A stretch of DNA of 64,000 bases from a virus. Both the position numbers and the translations under genes were made by a program. Numbering within the stretch: position 1 is the stretch's first letter; each line of letters starts with the position of its first letter. The notes under the pieces are model-generated. The model was not told where the DNA came from. It made no database searches and saw only the letters and a program-made list of their open reading frames with translations. This document shows, piece after piece, positions 18,561-27,072 of this stretch. Where the stretch lies: positions 1 through 64,000 of the IMG/VR virus record IMGVR_UViG_3300021476_000001. One strand, written 5' to 3'.

Positions 18561-19364
18561 ATGAGAACAAGCCTGACACTTGGATTGGTTGCAAATATGT
18601 ATAACGAGTGCAATGCCCTCCCAGGATGGTTGGAGACTCATCTACCATTCTTTGATGATGTACGTGTGGTACATACCGGACCACAAGGAGAACTATCTAA
18701 TGATGGCACCTTAGAGATACTAAAAAAGTGGAATATACCAGTGATTATTGACAGTATTGACGATGGATTTGGGGCAGTAAGAACACGAACAATTCACAGC
18801 AGTCCATGTGAGTACGTAATGCTATTAGATGCTGATGAAAGGTTTTACCCAGTCCACCGTCACTTGATGTGTACAGGGAACCCAACACCGTGGTCAGAAA
18901 TGGACCCAATACTAACATCATACACTTCAAACAAACCAGATTGGGAGGCTATAGGTCGCCTTGGAGCTAGTCTATGTATAGACATTAAAGAAACCTATAA
19001 CCAAGGTGCGTGGCTGCGTGAGATTATTACAAAAGAACATCCTGATGCAGTGTGTACTATTAGACGTCATTGGCATGATTTGTCATTTCGTCGTCCAACA
19101 CAGAGTTGGATGTTAGAGCCTGATTGGCAGATGCGAATTATAAGAAACGATAAGAGTATTTATTTTGACCCTGACACGCCTATGCACGAAAGGTTAGTTG
19201 GTGTTGGGAAAGTAGTTCGTGCTGACTTTGAGCGTGGACCGTTCTTCGACCACTTCCACTTCTTATTCAAGAAGATGGAGATGGATCAGCGCTATCACGA
19301 TGTAAAGATATATGACGCAATTCACGAGAGACGAAAACCACCAACGCTGGAGGAATTAAGATGA
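18561..19364 (+). CDS. GT-A fold (family 2-like) glycosyltransferase
   Basis: LVANMYNECNALPGWLE.. near the N-terminus and a DxD-type motif (YVMLLDADERF). ATG at 18561, or GTG at 18555. Confidence 0.5.
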   Translation: MRTSLTLGLVANMYNECNALPGWLETHLPFFDDVRVVHTGPQGELSNDGTLEILKKWNIPVIIDSIDDGFGAVRTRTIHSSPCEYVMLLDADERFYPVHRHLMCTGNPTPWSEMDPILTSYTSNKPDWEAIGRLGASLCIDIKETYNQGAWLREIITKEHPDAVCTIRRHWHDLSFRRPTQSWMLEPDWQMRIIRNDKSIYFDPDTPMHERLVGVGKVVRADFERGPFFDHFHFLFKKMEMDQRYHDVKIYDAIHERRKPPTLEELR

Positions 19365-19621
19365 AGTTACGTGAGTATAACGGTATAAGGGATGAAGTAG
19401 AAGGTATGATAGCTTTTGCACACGCTTTACTGGATGAGGCTGAGCGTAAAAAGAAAGAGGCACTAGCTACAGCACGTGCTTATCTAAAAGAAAAACTGGG
19501 AGCGGATATTTGTGGATCAGTGTCATCAATGCTAACTCAGGTTGAGCTTCAGGAAAGTGGAATTACAACTGCTGTAGGGCGTAGACCTGGAAAAGAACCA
19601 CATACAAGTGATCTAGTATAG
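19361..19621 (+). CDS. hypothetical small protein (86 aa)
   Basis: Start overlaps the upstream stop (ATGA). Helical, charged sequence. Lies directly upstream of a radical-SAM gene. Confidence 0.45.
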   Translation: MKLREYNGIRDEVEGMIAFAHALLDEAERKKKEALATARAYLKEKLGADICGSVSSMLTQVELQESGITTAVGRRPGKEPHTSDLV

Positions 19622-19630
19622 AGAAGACAG

Positions 19631-20536
19631 ATGAACTTTCAAGTTGAGCTTACTAGCTATTGCAATCTTACATGTGGCTACTGTCCAAACAAGGGTATGA
19701 AGCGTAAGCGGGCATTTATGTCTGACGAGATATGGACTCGAATACTGTTCGACTATATAATTCCATACAAGGATAAAAACTCGTTCTGCCCACCAACATT
19801 TATAGGTCATAAAGATGGGGAGCCACTTCTTAGCAAGAAACTTCCCGATAGGTTAATCGACGTATCTAACATGTGTCCTGATATGCACATTGACATTTAT
19901 AGTCATGGTCTGATGCTACCAAAATGGGAGAAGGGTAGAAGGGACTTCTTTCAGTTCTTATCAACACTGAGTAATCCAGTGCGATACATGATGTCATATC
20001 ACCCATATAACCATGATAATAGTATTAACAACTATGAACCTGTTGTTACGTATCTCAAGAAAATGTTCCACAGTTCAGGACTACCGAGGAATGTAGAGTT
20101 TATTACTGTGTCACATAAGTCTAAGTGGGTCTCGGAGGACATGCAGCAAGCATGGAAACAAACTTGGTTAGGGTACCCAATAACAGTACACTGTAATGTT
20201 CATATTAACCCTTGGACCGGACGTATTAAGGAAGAGGGAACAACTAAGTTTAATGGATGCCCTTATGGAGACTTTGGTCACTGGTTCTTTGGTGCTACAG
20301 GAAACATTATCGCGTGCTGCTTGGACCTTGAGGAAGAGATAATAATAGGGAACGTGCTAGAAGATAATCCGTCTGATATGTTTGAGCAAACGTCTAAGTT
20401 CTATGAGGTACAGAGAGAGACACAAAGGTTAAAGCAACGGCCGCTTAATGCTGTCTGCGATAATTGCTTCAACTATGATAGAAATGATAGAGAGCCAAAG
20501 CAAATGTTACAGTTAGGAAGGAGCATCCTAACATGA
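19631..20536 (+). CDS. radical SAM enzyme (Cys-rich C-terminal auxiliary domain)
   Basis: CNLTCGYCPNKG is the CxxxCxxC cluster motif at the N-terminus. C-terminal Cys residues (GCPYGD..IACCLD..CDNC) suggest a SPASM/twitch-like extension. Confidence 0.7.
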   Translation: MNFQVELTSYCNLTCGYCPNKGMKRKRAFMSDEIWTRILFDYIIPYKDKNSFCPPTFIGHKDGEPLLSKKLPDRLIDVSNMCPDMHIDIYSHGLMLPKWEKGRRDFFQFLSTLSNPVRYMMSYHPYNHDNSINNYEPVVTYLKKMFHSSGLPRNVEFITVSHKSKWVSEDMQQAWKQTWLGYPITVHCNVHINPWTGRIKEEGTTKFNGCPYGDFGHWFFGATGNIIACCLDLEEEIIIGNVLEDNPSDMFEQTSKFYEVQRETQRLKQRPLNAVCDNCFNYDRNDREPKQMLQLGRSILT

Positions 20537-21033
20537 TAAGACTAACTCTAGGCCCAGACTTATGGGTTGGAGACTCACACTCTCTAAAGTTAGCTCAGTC
20601 TGTAAATGTCAATGCTATATTTAATGTAGCACATGATCTATCCCAATTTGGTTGTGATAGTAGCACCCGACCTCTAATGATGAAGTTGGCAAGTAGAGGT
20701 GTAAAGTATATACATATGGGACTTATAAATGGACCAGGAAACGAAGTAATTGACTACTGCGCTGTAGTACTGTTCCTCAAGGGGATGATGCAGCGTTATA
20801 AATCAGTGCTTGTATATGACCACGATGGGGGTTTAGCGTTGGTTGTTGGAGCTATGTATACTAATCTTGTTGAAGGACAGCAGCGTTTAACTCCAAGCAC
20901 TTGGAGCCACTGGTTAACTTGGGATGAGTGTGTAGCCGACTATTCAGCACTAAGTTGTAAACTACCAAAGGTGCATGAAGTACACATTGAGATATTTAAC
21001 AGAATGCCTTGGGGGGTGTTGGCAGTTCTGTAG
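20533..21033 (+). CDS. dual-specificity-phosphatase-fold protein lacking the catalytic Cys-x5-Arg signature
   Basis: LWVGDSHSLKLAQSVNVNAIFNVAHDL and KSVLVYDHDGGLALVVGAMY align by eye to the DSP pattern (l.lG..gi..vlnv / VLVHCxAGxSRS). Asp replaces Cys and Ala replaces Arg. Confidence 0.35.
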   Translation: MIRLTLGPDLWVGDSHSLKLAQSVNVNAIFNVAHDLSQFGCDSSTRPLMMKLASRGVKYIHMGLINGPGNEVIDYCAVVLFLKGMMQRYKSVLVYDHDGGLALVVGAMYTNLVEGQQRLTPSTWSHWLTWDECVADYSALSCKLPKVHEVHIEIFNRMPWGVLAVL

Positions 21034-21044
21034 AGGAGGCTAAG

Positions 21045-22160
21045 GTGGTGAAGAAGCTTATAGTTGCAATTCCTCACAGTCACACTTGGTTCTGGACTCA
21101 GACCTGTATTGCCTCGCTCCAACGTAATCCTCCAGTGGCTGATGATTATAGTGTGAAAGTTGTTATTGTAGACAACTCTCCGTGGAGTCCAGCGATAAAA
21201 GGTATTCGCTGTACAGACTTAGGAAGTGTCGACTGGCTTCATATTATACCGAACGTGAAGTCAAATAAGTTCCATGCCAGTGGACTTGATTGTGTAGTAG
21301 AGAAGTTTGACTTTGATTACTTAATGGCGCTAGAAACAGACGTACTTGCTCTAAGACCAACTTGGTTGCAGTGGTTTGTGGACCAGATGAAGGAGACTGA
21401 CTTTGCAGTTGGTATGTGGCACCATGAGCAGTTTATAAATCCAAGTTGTACTCTTTATCGTGGCGATGCACTTCGTAAGATGCAGAAGTGGTGTTGGGAC
21501 GGTGCCCCTCAAGACAGGTTAAGATGGGGCGAGAATTTCTTTGAGTCTTCACCGCTTGACCCAAACCTAAATGTGCAGCTTACCGGTAACGCTGCACTCG
21601 TTGATCTTAAGTCATGGATAGCTGGTCCGTTTGCAGAGAAGCGCGGGTGGCCCACAGGAACAGTGCTAAAAGAGACTCCAAGTGGACAACTTAAAGGTCC
21701 AGGATGGTATGAACCTGGACAGCAACTTCACCATTGGGCGGTTGAAGAGGGATGGACGTATACTGTATGCCCAACCTTGACTACTAAGGATGCTACTGGC
21801 CTTCCTCTCCAAAGTATATATGGCGCTTTGATGAGTGATCCACTTCGTCAACTTGAAGCAGTTGAGTTATTTGGTAACGCAGAAACCGTTCACTTATGGG
21901 GTGGAACTCGGGCACTTGATATTATCAAACACGATATAACTTGTCGGTTTGTTAAGAGTAATACTCCTAACTGGCTTGCTAGAGAGGCAAGATTCTGGAG
22001 GGAAGTAGTACCATTACACGTCCAGAAGCAAACACTAGAACTTATTCGTAAGTATGGGTGGCACACTACAGGACAAGGAAGCCCATTTGTAAGTGACAGG
22101 GATAAAGAGGCTACTGAGTATGTTAGGGAGTGTTATAAGGTAGGGGGTGTTAGTTGGTGA
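21045..22160 (+). CDS. GT-A-like glycosyltransferase
   Basis: GTG 21045 follows RBS gaggagg (21033-21039). KLIVAIPHSHTW..VKVVIVDNSP and LMALETDVL (DxD-like) fit the GT-A pattern. Weak call. Confidence 0.45.
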   Translation: MVKKLIVAIPHSHTWFWTQTCIASLQRNPPVADDYSVKVVIVDNSPWSPAIKGIRCTDLGSVDWLHIIPNVKSNKFHASGLDCVVEKFDFDYLMALETDVLALRPTWLQWFVDQMKETDFAVGMWHHEQFINPSCTLYRGDALRKMQKWCWDGAPQDRLRWGENFFESSPLDPNLNVQLTGNAALVDLKSWIAGPFAEKRGWPTGTVLKETPSGQLKGPGWYEPGQQLHHWAVEEGWTYTVCPTLTTKDATGLPLQSIYGALMSDPLRQLEAVELFGNAETVHLWGGTRALDIIKHDITCRFVKSNTPNWLAREARFWREVVPLHVQKQTLELIRKYGWHTTGQGSPFVSDRDKEATEYVRECYKVGGVSW

Positions 22161-22196
22161 GATAACAATTTACTGTGAGATTATAGGGGGGAAACT

Positions 22197-22778
22197 ATGA
22201 TACCTATACGAGACATCTTCCGGTCCTATGCTGTTATAGTTGATGGAAAACATGTTAACGGGACTGATAAACAGTCTAATCATAACTATGGTGACGCTTA
22301 TGAGTCACTATTCTCGGACCGTAACAGTGTTAAGCTAATGATGGAGATTGGTGTTGCAGATGGTAGCTGTCTGCTCGCTTGGCGAGATATATTCCCAAAC
22401 GCGCTTATAGTAGGAATGGACATCCATCATAGTGACAAGGCACACGGAGACCGGATTGAGTTTAGACGTGGTGACCAACGTATACAACGTGACTGTGAGA
22501 ACGCAGCAGCAGACCGTCAATTTGACCTTATAGTAGAGGACGCTACCCACCACTTGGACCATACACTTCTAACTCTATACTGGATGTGGCCGTTTGTTAA
22601 GCCAGGTGGGTTATATGTAGTCGAGGAGTGGGATGGTGTTCACGAAAGTAGGGATAGAATAAAGCATGTATGGCCAAACGCTGAGATAGTTGATACAACT
22701 GGACCCTTTGGTGGAGTGGAATCTTTGGTTATATTTAGGAGACCCTATGAAACTTATACTTCCATATTGCACAGTTGA
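22197..22778 (+). CDS. class I SAM-dependent methyltransferase (CmcI / TylF-related)
   Basis: MMEIGVADGSCLLAWRDIFPNALIVGMDI (motif I) and FDLIVEDATHH..VKPGGLYVVEEW. Confidence 0.6.
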   Translation: MIPIRDIFRSYAVIVDGKHVNGTDKQSNHNYGDAYESLFSDRNSVKLMMEIGVADGSCLLAWRDIFPNALIVGMDIHHSDKAHGDRIEFRRGDQRIQRDCENAAADRQFDLIVEDATHHLDHTLLTLYWMWPFVKPGGLYVVEEWDGVHESRDRIKHVWPNAEIVDTTGPFGGVESLVIFRRPYETYTSILHS

Positions 22779-22998
22779 GATAGAACTTCCTGATGTGCTT
22801 AGTGGTCTAACTGACTGTATACATACTAATATTAGCATATCTTTGAGGGTTCCTCACGAGATTGACAACGTTAAGGTGAGGATGCCAAACAGTCAGATTG
22901 CAACCATAAAGAAATTTGCACTTGTAGAGATTAGAGGTCAAATGCTCCCATTCATTGCAGACGGTAGTATAGTCCGGTGGTTTACATTGGAGGAGTAG
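22747..22998 (+). CDS. hypothetical small protein (83 aa)
   Basis: ATG at 22747 within listed ORF 22690..22998. It overlaps the 3' end of the methyltransferase gene by 32 nt and lies upstream of the second radical-SAM gene. Confidence 0.35.
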   Translation: MKLILPYCTVEIELPDVLSGLTDCIHTNISISLRVPHEIDNVKVRMPNSQIATIKKFALVEIRGQMLPFIADGSIVRWFTLEE

Positions 22999-23061
22999 TA
23001 TGAGACCGTGGCAGGAATATCTAATGTCTAAACCACATAGTGCTGTAGAGGAGTTTCTATA

Positions 23062-24216
23062 GTGATTGATACATTCACTAGCACCGGCACAAAGTTTTTT
23101 GCTCACCAAGAGGCAATGACTAAGCTCCGTAATGGTAAGGGACAGCCAATAGTTACACACGTTATGTTGACGGATGTATGCAACCACACCTGCGCTTTCT
23201 GCTCTGTACAGGCAAGAGCTGGAGACTCGCTTCCATTTAATCATGTTACTAAATATCTTGACATACTCAAAGGTTATGGACTTAAGGCTGTAATCCTTTC
23301 TGGTGGTGGTAATCCAATACTTTATAGGTGCAAAGAGACTGGTCTCAACTTTAATGATATAGTAGAGGCGATTTATAAGAGAGGTCTGGAAATTGGTCTC
23401 ATTACAAATGGTATGCCGCTGAGAAGCTTTTATGGTGGTGATGCACCTAAAAGTTATTTGCTACGAGAATCTTGGGGGACCATTCGTCCAGAAACACTTG
23501 ATAAGTGTACATGGATTAGAATAAGCATGGCAGGTCTCGACCATGATGAACATGAGGTATATGTTCCTGATATAGACCCTAAAAAGACTATACTTGGATT
23601 TAGTTATGTTGCACATGATATTTATATTGAGCCAGCCGACCCACATCATGGCAAGGTATCAAGACCTGTCGACTTGATTGGTGATAAGGACCGTAAACCA
23701 GACTTATACTTTGAGGAACGTATTAGTGAGTTAACAGAACAGATCACTCACTATACTAAAACTTATAAGCCTAAATATGTTCGGATACTTCCAAACTGCC
23801 TAGAGCCAGAGCTAATACTACGCCGCTGTAAACAACTTAATAAGATGGCTGATATTATTAACTTTAACGTGGGTAAAGAAGTAGTGTTCGTTCAATATAA
23901 GCCACCAAAGGCTCCACATGCTTGCTATCTAGGTTATATCCATCCGGTGTTAAACTGTGATGGGTATGTATACCCGTGTGATAGTTGCGTCCTCAATGAA
24001 GCCGCTGGTCATCAGTTTTCTAACCCTTGGCGGGTGTGTCACTGGACAGACATTGGAATACTATATAGTGAGCCTATAGAGTCTCTAATTGACAACCCAG
24101 CAAATACATGTCCTGGTTGTGTGTTCACGAGGTCGAATGAGATACTTGAGGGTGTGGTCAATGGTGCTGAGACACCAGCACCTACTCAGTTTATTGAACA
24201 CATAAACTTTGTATAG
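23062..24216 (+). CDS. radical SAM enzyme
   Basis: GTG start. DVCNHTCAFCSVQ is a CxxxCxxC motif. Glycine-rich ILSGGGNPILY. C-terminal Cys pairs (CDGYVYPCDSC, CPGC). Confidence 0.7.
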   Translation: MIDTFTSTGTKFFAHQEAMTKLRNGKGQPIVTHVMLTDVCNHTCAFCSVQARAGDSLPFNHVTKYLDILKGYGLKAVILSGGGNPILYRCKETGLNFNDIVEAIYKRGLEIGLITNGMPLRSFYGGDAPKSYLLRESWGTIRPETLDKCTWIRISMAGLDHDEHEVYVPDIDPKKTILGFSYVAHDIYIEPADPHHGKVSRPVDLIGDKDRKPDLYFEERISELTEQITHYTKTYKPKYVRILPNCLEPELILRRCKQLNKMADIINFNVGKEVVFVQYKPPKAPHACYLGYIHPVLNCDGYVYPCDSCVLNEAAGHQFSNPWRVCHWTDIGILYSEPIESLIDNPANTCPGCVFTRSNEILEGVVNGAETPAPTQFIEHINFV

Positions 24217-24238
24217 TTTGTAGAAAGGAGAAAGTTAT

Positions 24239-24538
24239 ATGCCTCATACTTGTCATGCAACTGGATGTATCGAAGTGGTACGACCAGAACTCTTTATGTG
24301 CAGAAAGCACTGGTTTAGTCTACCAGAAGCTTTGCGCAAACTAATTCGGGCAGCATACCGTTCTGGTCAGTGTGACGACTGGAGAATTAGTAAGGTATAT
24401 GCTGATGCTGCACGAGAAGCAATAAGGTATATTGCAACTAAAGAGGGGGTTGTACCTGATACACAAGTGTATGACGTTTTAGAACCGGGGAACAAATTAG
24501 GTGATATAGTTAGGGGCTTAAAGGGGCAGCAACCGTGA
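24239..24538 (+). CDS. small Cys/His-rich (zinc-binding?) protein
   Basis: RBS aaaggag upstream. N-terminal HTCHATGC..CRKHW. Confidence 0.45.
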   Translation: MPHTCHATGCIEVVRPELFMCRKHWFSLPEALRKLIRAAYRSGQCDDWRISKVYADAAREAIRYIATKEGVVPDTQVYDVLEPGNKLGDIVRGLKGQQP

Positions 24539-25428
24539 GTATAGACAAGATAAATATACTTATATCTCTTCACAAGGGATATGGACTTGGTGATGCAGTA
24601 CAGATGAGCACTGTACTCCGTCACGCAGTTGCAGCACGTTCTCACTGGGTAACAGATTTTCAAGCCGAGGATGGAAAGCAGTGGGTGGGAAGTGGTATCG
24701 TTGATAAGGTCTTCGCTTATGGTGAACCATACCCAAGAGACCACTATGACGCTGAGGTCCAAATACGCCTTTATGACACATGGGCTAACTGGGGAGACCG
24801 CCCTAACACTAGGGTATGCTCGTGCTTGCATGAACAATTTGGTTTAGGCTGGAAGCCAGAGTATGGACGTTATCATATTAGCGTCTCACAGAAAGCTCTG
24901 GACTTAGTAAGGTGGAGACTGAAAGCGTTTGGAAGTCGTGACTTTATCGCTATTCACTATGAAGGTGACAGTTCACAGGCGAAGAAAAATCTTAACACTG
25001 ACCAGGCTGCTAGGATATGTGTAGAGATTGATAAACTTGGATATTCTCCACTTATTCTTGACTGGAGACGTCGATCTACATTAGAATGTTGTAAACTTCA
25101 GTCACCTGAGAAGTGGGGAGGTAACGCTGAGACGGTGTGTGCAGTTATCTCTCAGTGTAAAGCTTTTGTTGGTATTGACAGTGGACCATCTAAGTGTGCA
25201 AGCGCTACAAATACTCCAGCAGCAGTAATATGGACTGGTCACCACCCTGCACCGTTTCACGACCCTGCACCGAATACAACACATATAGTCCCAATAGGTT
25301 ATCATGGACTAGACCCAGTATGTAACGATGTAGGTGTAATCAACTGGTTCGAGGAGAATTATAATGTGCTAAAGTACGTTGGAGACCCAGTTTCCATTGT
25401 TACTCAGTGGTTAAGGAGAATGCTGTAA
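24535..25428 (+). CDS. glycosyltransferase family 9 (heptosyltransferase-like)
   Basis: ILISLHKGYGLGDAVQMSTVLRH at the N-terminus and AVISQCKAFVGIDSGPSKCASATNTPAAVIWTG at the C-terminus match the GT9 hallmark regions. Confidence 0.7.
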   Translation: MSIDKINILISLHKGYGLGDAVQMSTVLRHAVAARSHWVTDFQAEDGKQWVGSGIVDKVFAYGEPYPRDHYDAEVQIRLYDTWANWGDRPNTRVCSCLHEQFGLGWKPEYGRYHISVSQKALDLVRWRLKAFGSRDFIAIHYEGDSSQAKKNLNTDQAARICVEIDKLGYSPLILDWRRRSTLECCKLQSPEKWGGNAETVCAVISQCKAFVGIDSGPSKCASATNTPAAVIWTGHHPAPFHDPAPNTTHIVPIGYHGLDPVCNDVGVINWFEENYNVLKYVGDPVSIVTQWLRRML

Positions 25429-26288
25429 TGAACTTGGTCAGACAGCTGCTTAACAGAATTAGTAAAGATAAAAAGCGGGTTATTGTTATTGGTGACGCTA
25501 TACTAGACGTATGGGTTTATGGAACTCTTGAACCATGTCAAGACCAGTGTCAAAAGTTGGTTGAGAACGCCCGTTATACATCGCGTGGTGGAGCTGGCAA
25601 TGCTTGTGAGAGTATTAGACACTGGAAGATAAAGACTCAGCTATATAGTTTCTCAGGAAGTCATCAACCAGTTAAGGTACGATTTGTTGGGGATGATAGT
25701 AAGTTTACACTTCGGTGGGATTATGAAACTCCTTCATTAGAAGTGGACCGAATAGGGTATAAACCAGTGTACGATAGCACATTGAGGATGTGTAGGTGTG
25801 CTAGTGGTGTCTTGTTAAGTGACTATGACAAAGGGTTTTTGACACCAGAGTTTATTCGTGAGGTGATTAGTATATGTAATTGGCGTAACATCCCGTGCGT
25901 TGCTGACGTGAAACGAATACCCAAGATATATAGTGGAGCTGTTATAAAGTGCAATCATCAGTATTGGGAGAACCATTTGAGTAGGGGTATACCACCAGAA
26001 GGTAGTAAAGCACTGGTGGTAACAAGAGGACCAAAGGCTCCTTACTTCTTTGAGACTGGAAAAGGTACGGATGGATTCTCTGATGGAAAACCGGTTGAGT
26101 GTATTAACCACGTCGGTGCAGGAGACTGCTTCGCTGCACACTTAACACTCGCATTAGCCTATGGTTTTACACTAAGGGAAGCCGCTATCATCGCCCACAG
26201 CGCAGGTAGGGTATATGTTCAACACCCTCACAACCGACCACCATTGCCAAGTGAGGTTGAGCAAGACCTTGAAATGTCTACCTCTTAG
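25428..26288 (+). CDS. PfkB-family sugar kinase, HldE N-terminal-half-like (heptose-7-phosphate kinase-like)
   Basis: ATG 25428 (TAATG overlap; RBS aaggag at 25411-25416). RVIVIGDAILDVWVYG, RGGAGNA, GVLLSDYDKGFL and INHVGAGDCFAAHLTLALAYG are colinear with E. coli HldE domain I as recalled. Confidence 0.75.
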   Translation: MNLVRQLLNRISKDKKRVIVIGDAILDVWVYGTLEPCQDQCQKLVENARYTSRGGAGNACESIRHWKIKTQLYSFSGSHQPVKVRFVGDDSKFTLRWDYETPSLEVDRIGYKPVYDSTLRMCRCASGVLLSDYDKGFLTPEFIREVISICNWRNIPCVADVKRIPKIYSGAVIKCNHQYWENHLSRGIPPEGSKALVVTRGPKAPYFFETGKGTDGFSDGKPVECINHVGAGDCFAAHLTLALAYGFTLREAAIIAHSAGRVYVQHPHNRPPLPSEVEQDLEMSTS

Positions 26289-26607
26289 TAATCTCTACTT
26301 CAACCCCGTACTTTCCTGCTCTCTGCTTGTATATCCAAGTATATAAAGGGCTTCCATCGTCTATACCAACAGTCCTTGCGATCTCGTCTCTAACATACTT
26401 GCAAGATATAGCTAAGTTATCGTCGTCTAACTTTTTAGGTCCAACCCTTGTAATAGTTATCAACAGTGGAGGACTTGGAAAGGTCTCAACCTTTTTGATA
26501 TAGCGCTGAGTTGTAAGTTTCTGCTTCTTCTTCAAAGCGATATGTGATCGCCAGTTCTTAAATGTATTTACCAGTGAGGGTAACTTAAGTGGTATGTTGA
26601 ACCGCAT
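26278..26607 (-). CDS. RusA-like Holliday junction resolvase
   Basis: IPLKLPSLVN.., GPKKLDDDNLAISCKYVRDEIARTVGIDDGSP and GVEVEITK parallel RusA (ITLPWPPSNN / RRRDLDNLQKAAFDAL..WLDDAQV / LELTITE). RBS ggag precedes the ATG. Confidence 0.55.
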   Translation of the reverse strand: MRFNIPLKLPSLVNTFKNWRSHIALKKKQKLTTQRYIKKVETFPSPPLLITITRVGPKKLDDDNLAISCKYVRDEIARTVGIDDGSPLYTWIYKQRAGKYGVEVEITKR

Positions 26608-26803
26608 TCTTGACTCCGTTTATCTCTATGGTTATTCCAATTCCAGTGTCAACAACCTTGACAGCGATCCTGCGCTGAGAGGCGCTATTGCGTATTACGC
26701 TCGCCATTGTTGATTGGGAGCAATGGTAGTGAATCCCACGTATCAGAACTGTGCATGGTTGGTATAGCCATTTGTCCCAGTCATACTTTCTCGGCCTAGC
26801 CAT
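26585..26803 (-). CDS. small protein, member of the KY(P)WxEW family (possible regulator)
   Basis: ATG at 26803 is preceded by agaggag with 8-nt spacing. The listed start 26812 is an upstream GTG. N-terminus is MARPRKYDWDKWL. Confidence 0.5.
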   Translation of the reverse strand: MARPRKYDWDKWLYQPCTVLIRGIHYHCSQSTMASVIRNSASQRRIAVKVVDTGIGITIEINGVKNAVQHTT

Positions 26804-26831
26804 TGCTTGCACTCCTCTATGCTCCCTACCT

Positions 26832-26837
26832 ATTATA
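26832..26837 (-). promoter_or_regulatory. candidate -10 box (TATAAT on minus strand) for the leftward genes
   Basis: The reverse complement of attata (26832-26837) is TATAAT, about 29 nt upstream of the ATG at 26803. No good -35 box. Confidence 0.3.
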
Positions 26838-26853
26838 GCAGACTAAAAGCCGT

Positions 26854-26884
26854 CGGAATGTTTTCGGAATGTTTTCGGAATGTT
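26854..26884. repeat. three tandem copies of cggaatgtttt (operator-like)
   Basis: cggaatgtttt occurs at 26854-26864 and 26865-26875, and cggaatgtt at 26876-26884. An inverted copy, cattccg, lies at 26901-26907 inside the promoter spacer. Confidence 0.85.
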
Positions 26885-26886
26885 GC

Positions 26887-26914
26887 TTGACACTCCCGGC
26901 CATTCCGTTATAAT
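26887..26914 (+). promoter_or_regulatory. sigma70-type promoter with consensus hexamers
   Basis: TTGACA (26887-26892), a 16-nt spacer, then TATAAT (26909-26914). It points into the rightward replication block in the only divergent intergenic gap of this region. Confidence 0.65.
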
Positions 26915-27072
26915 GAATGGTAGGCAGGTACTAAGGCCCATTGACCCAAACTTGGTGGAGTTTACCTGGTTAAAGAAAGTATGAATAAAGCTACAGAGGT
27001 TCAGCGTTTATGCTGGATTTAGAGCTGCCCAAGTTCATACCTCCACCGCTATTACAAACAAGGGAGTTGACC

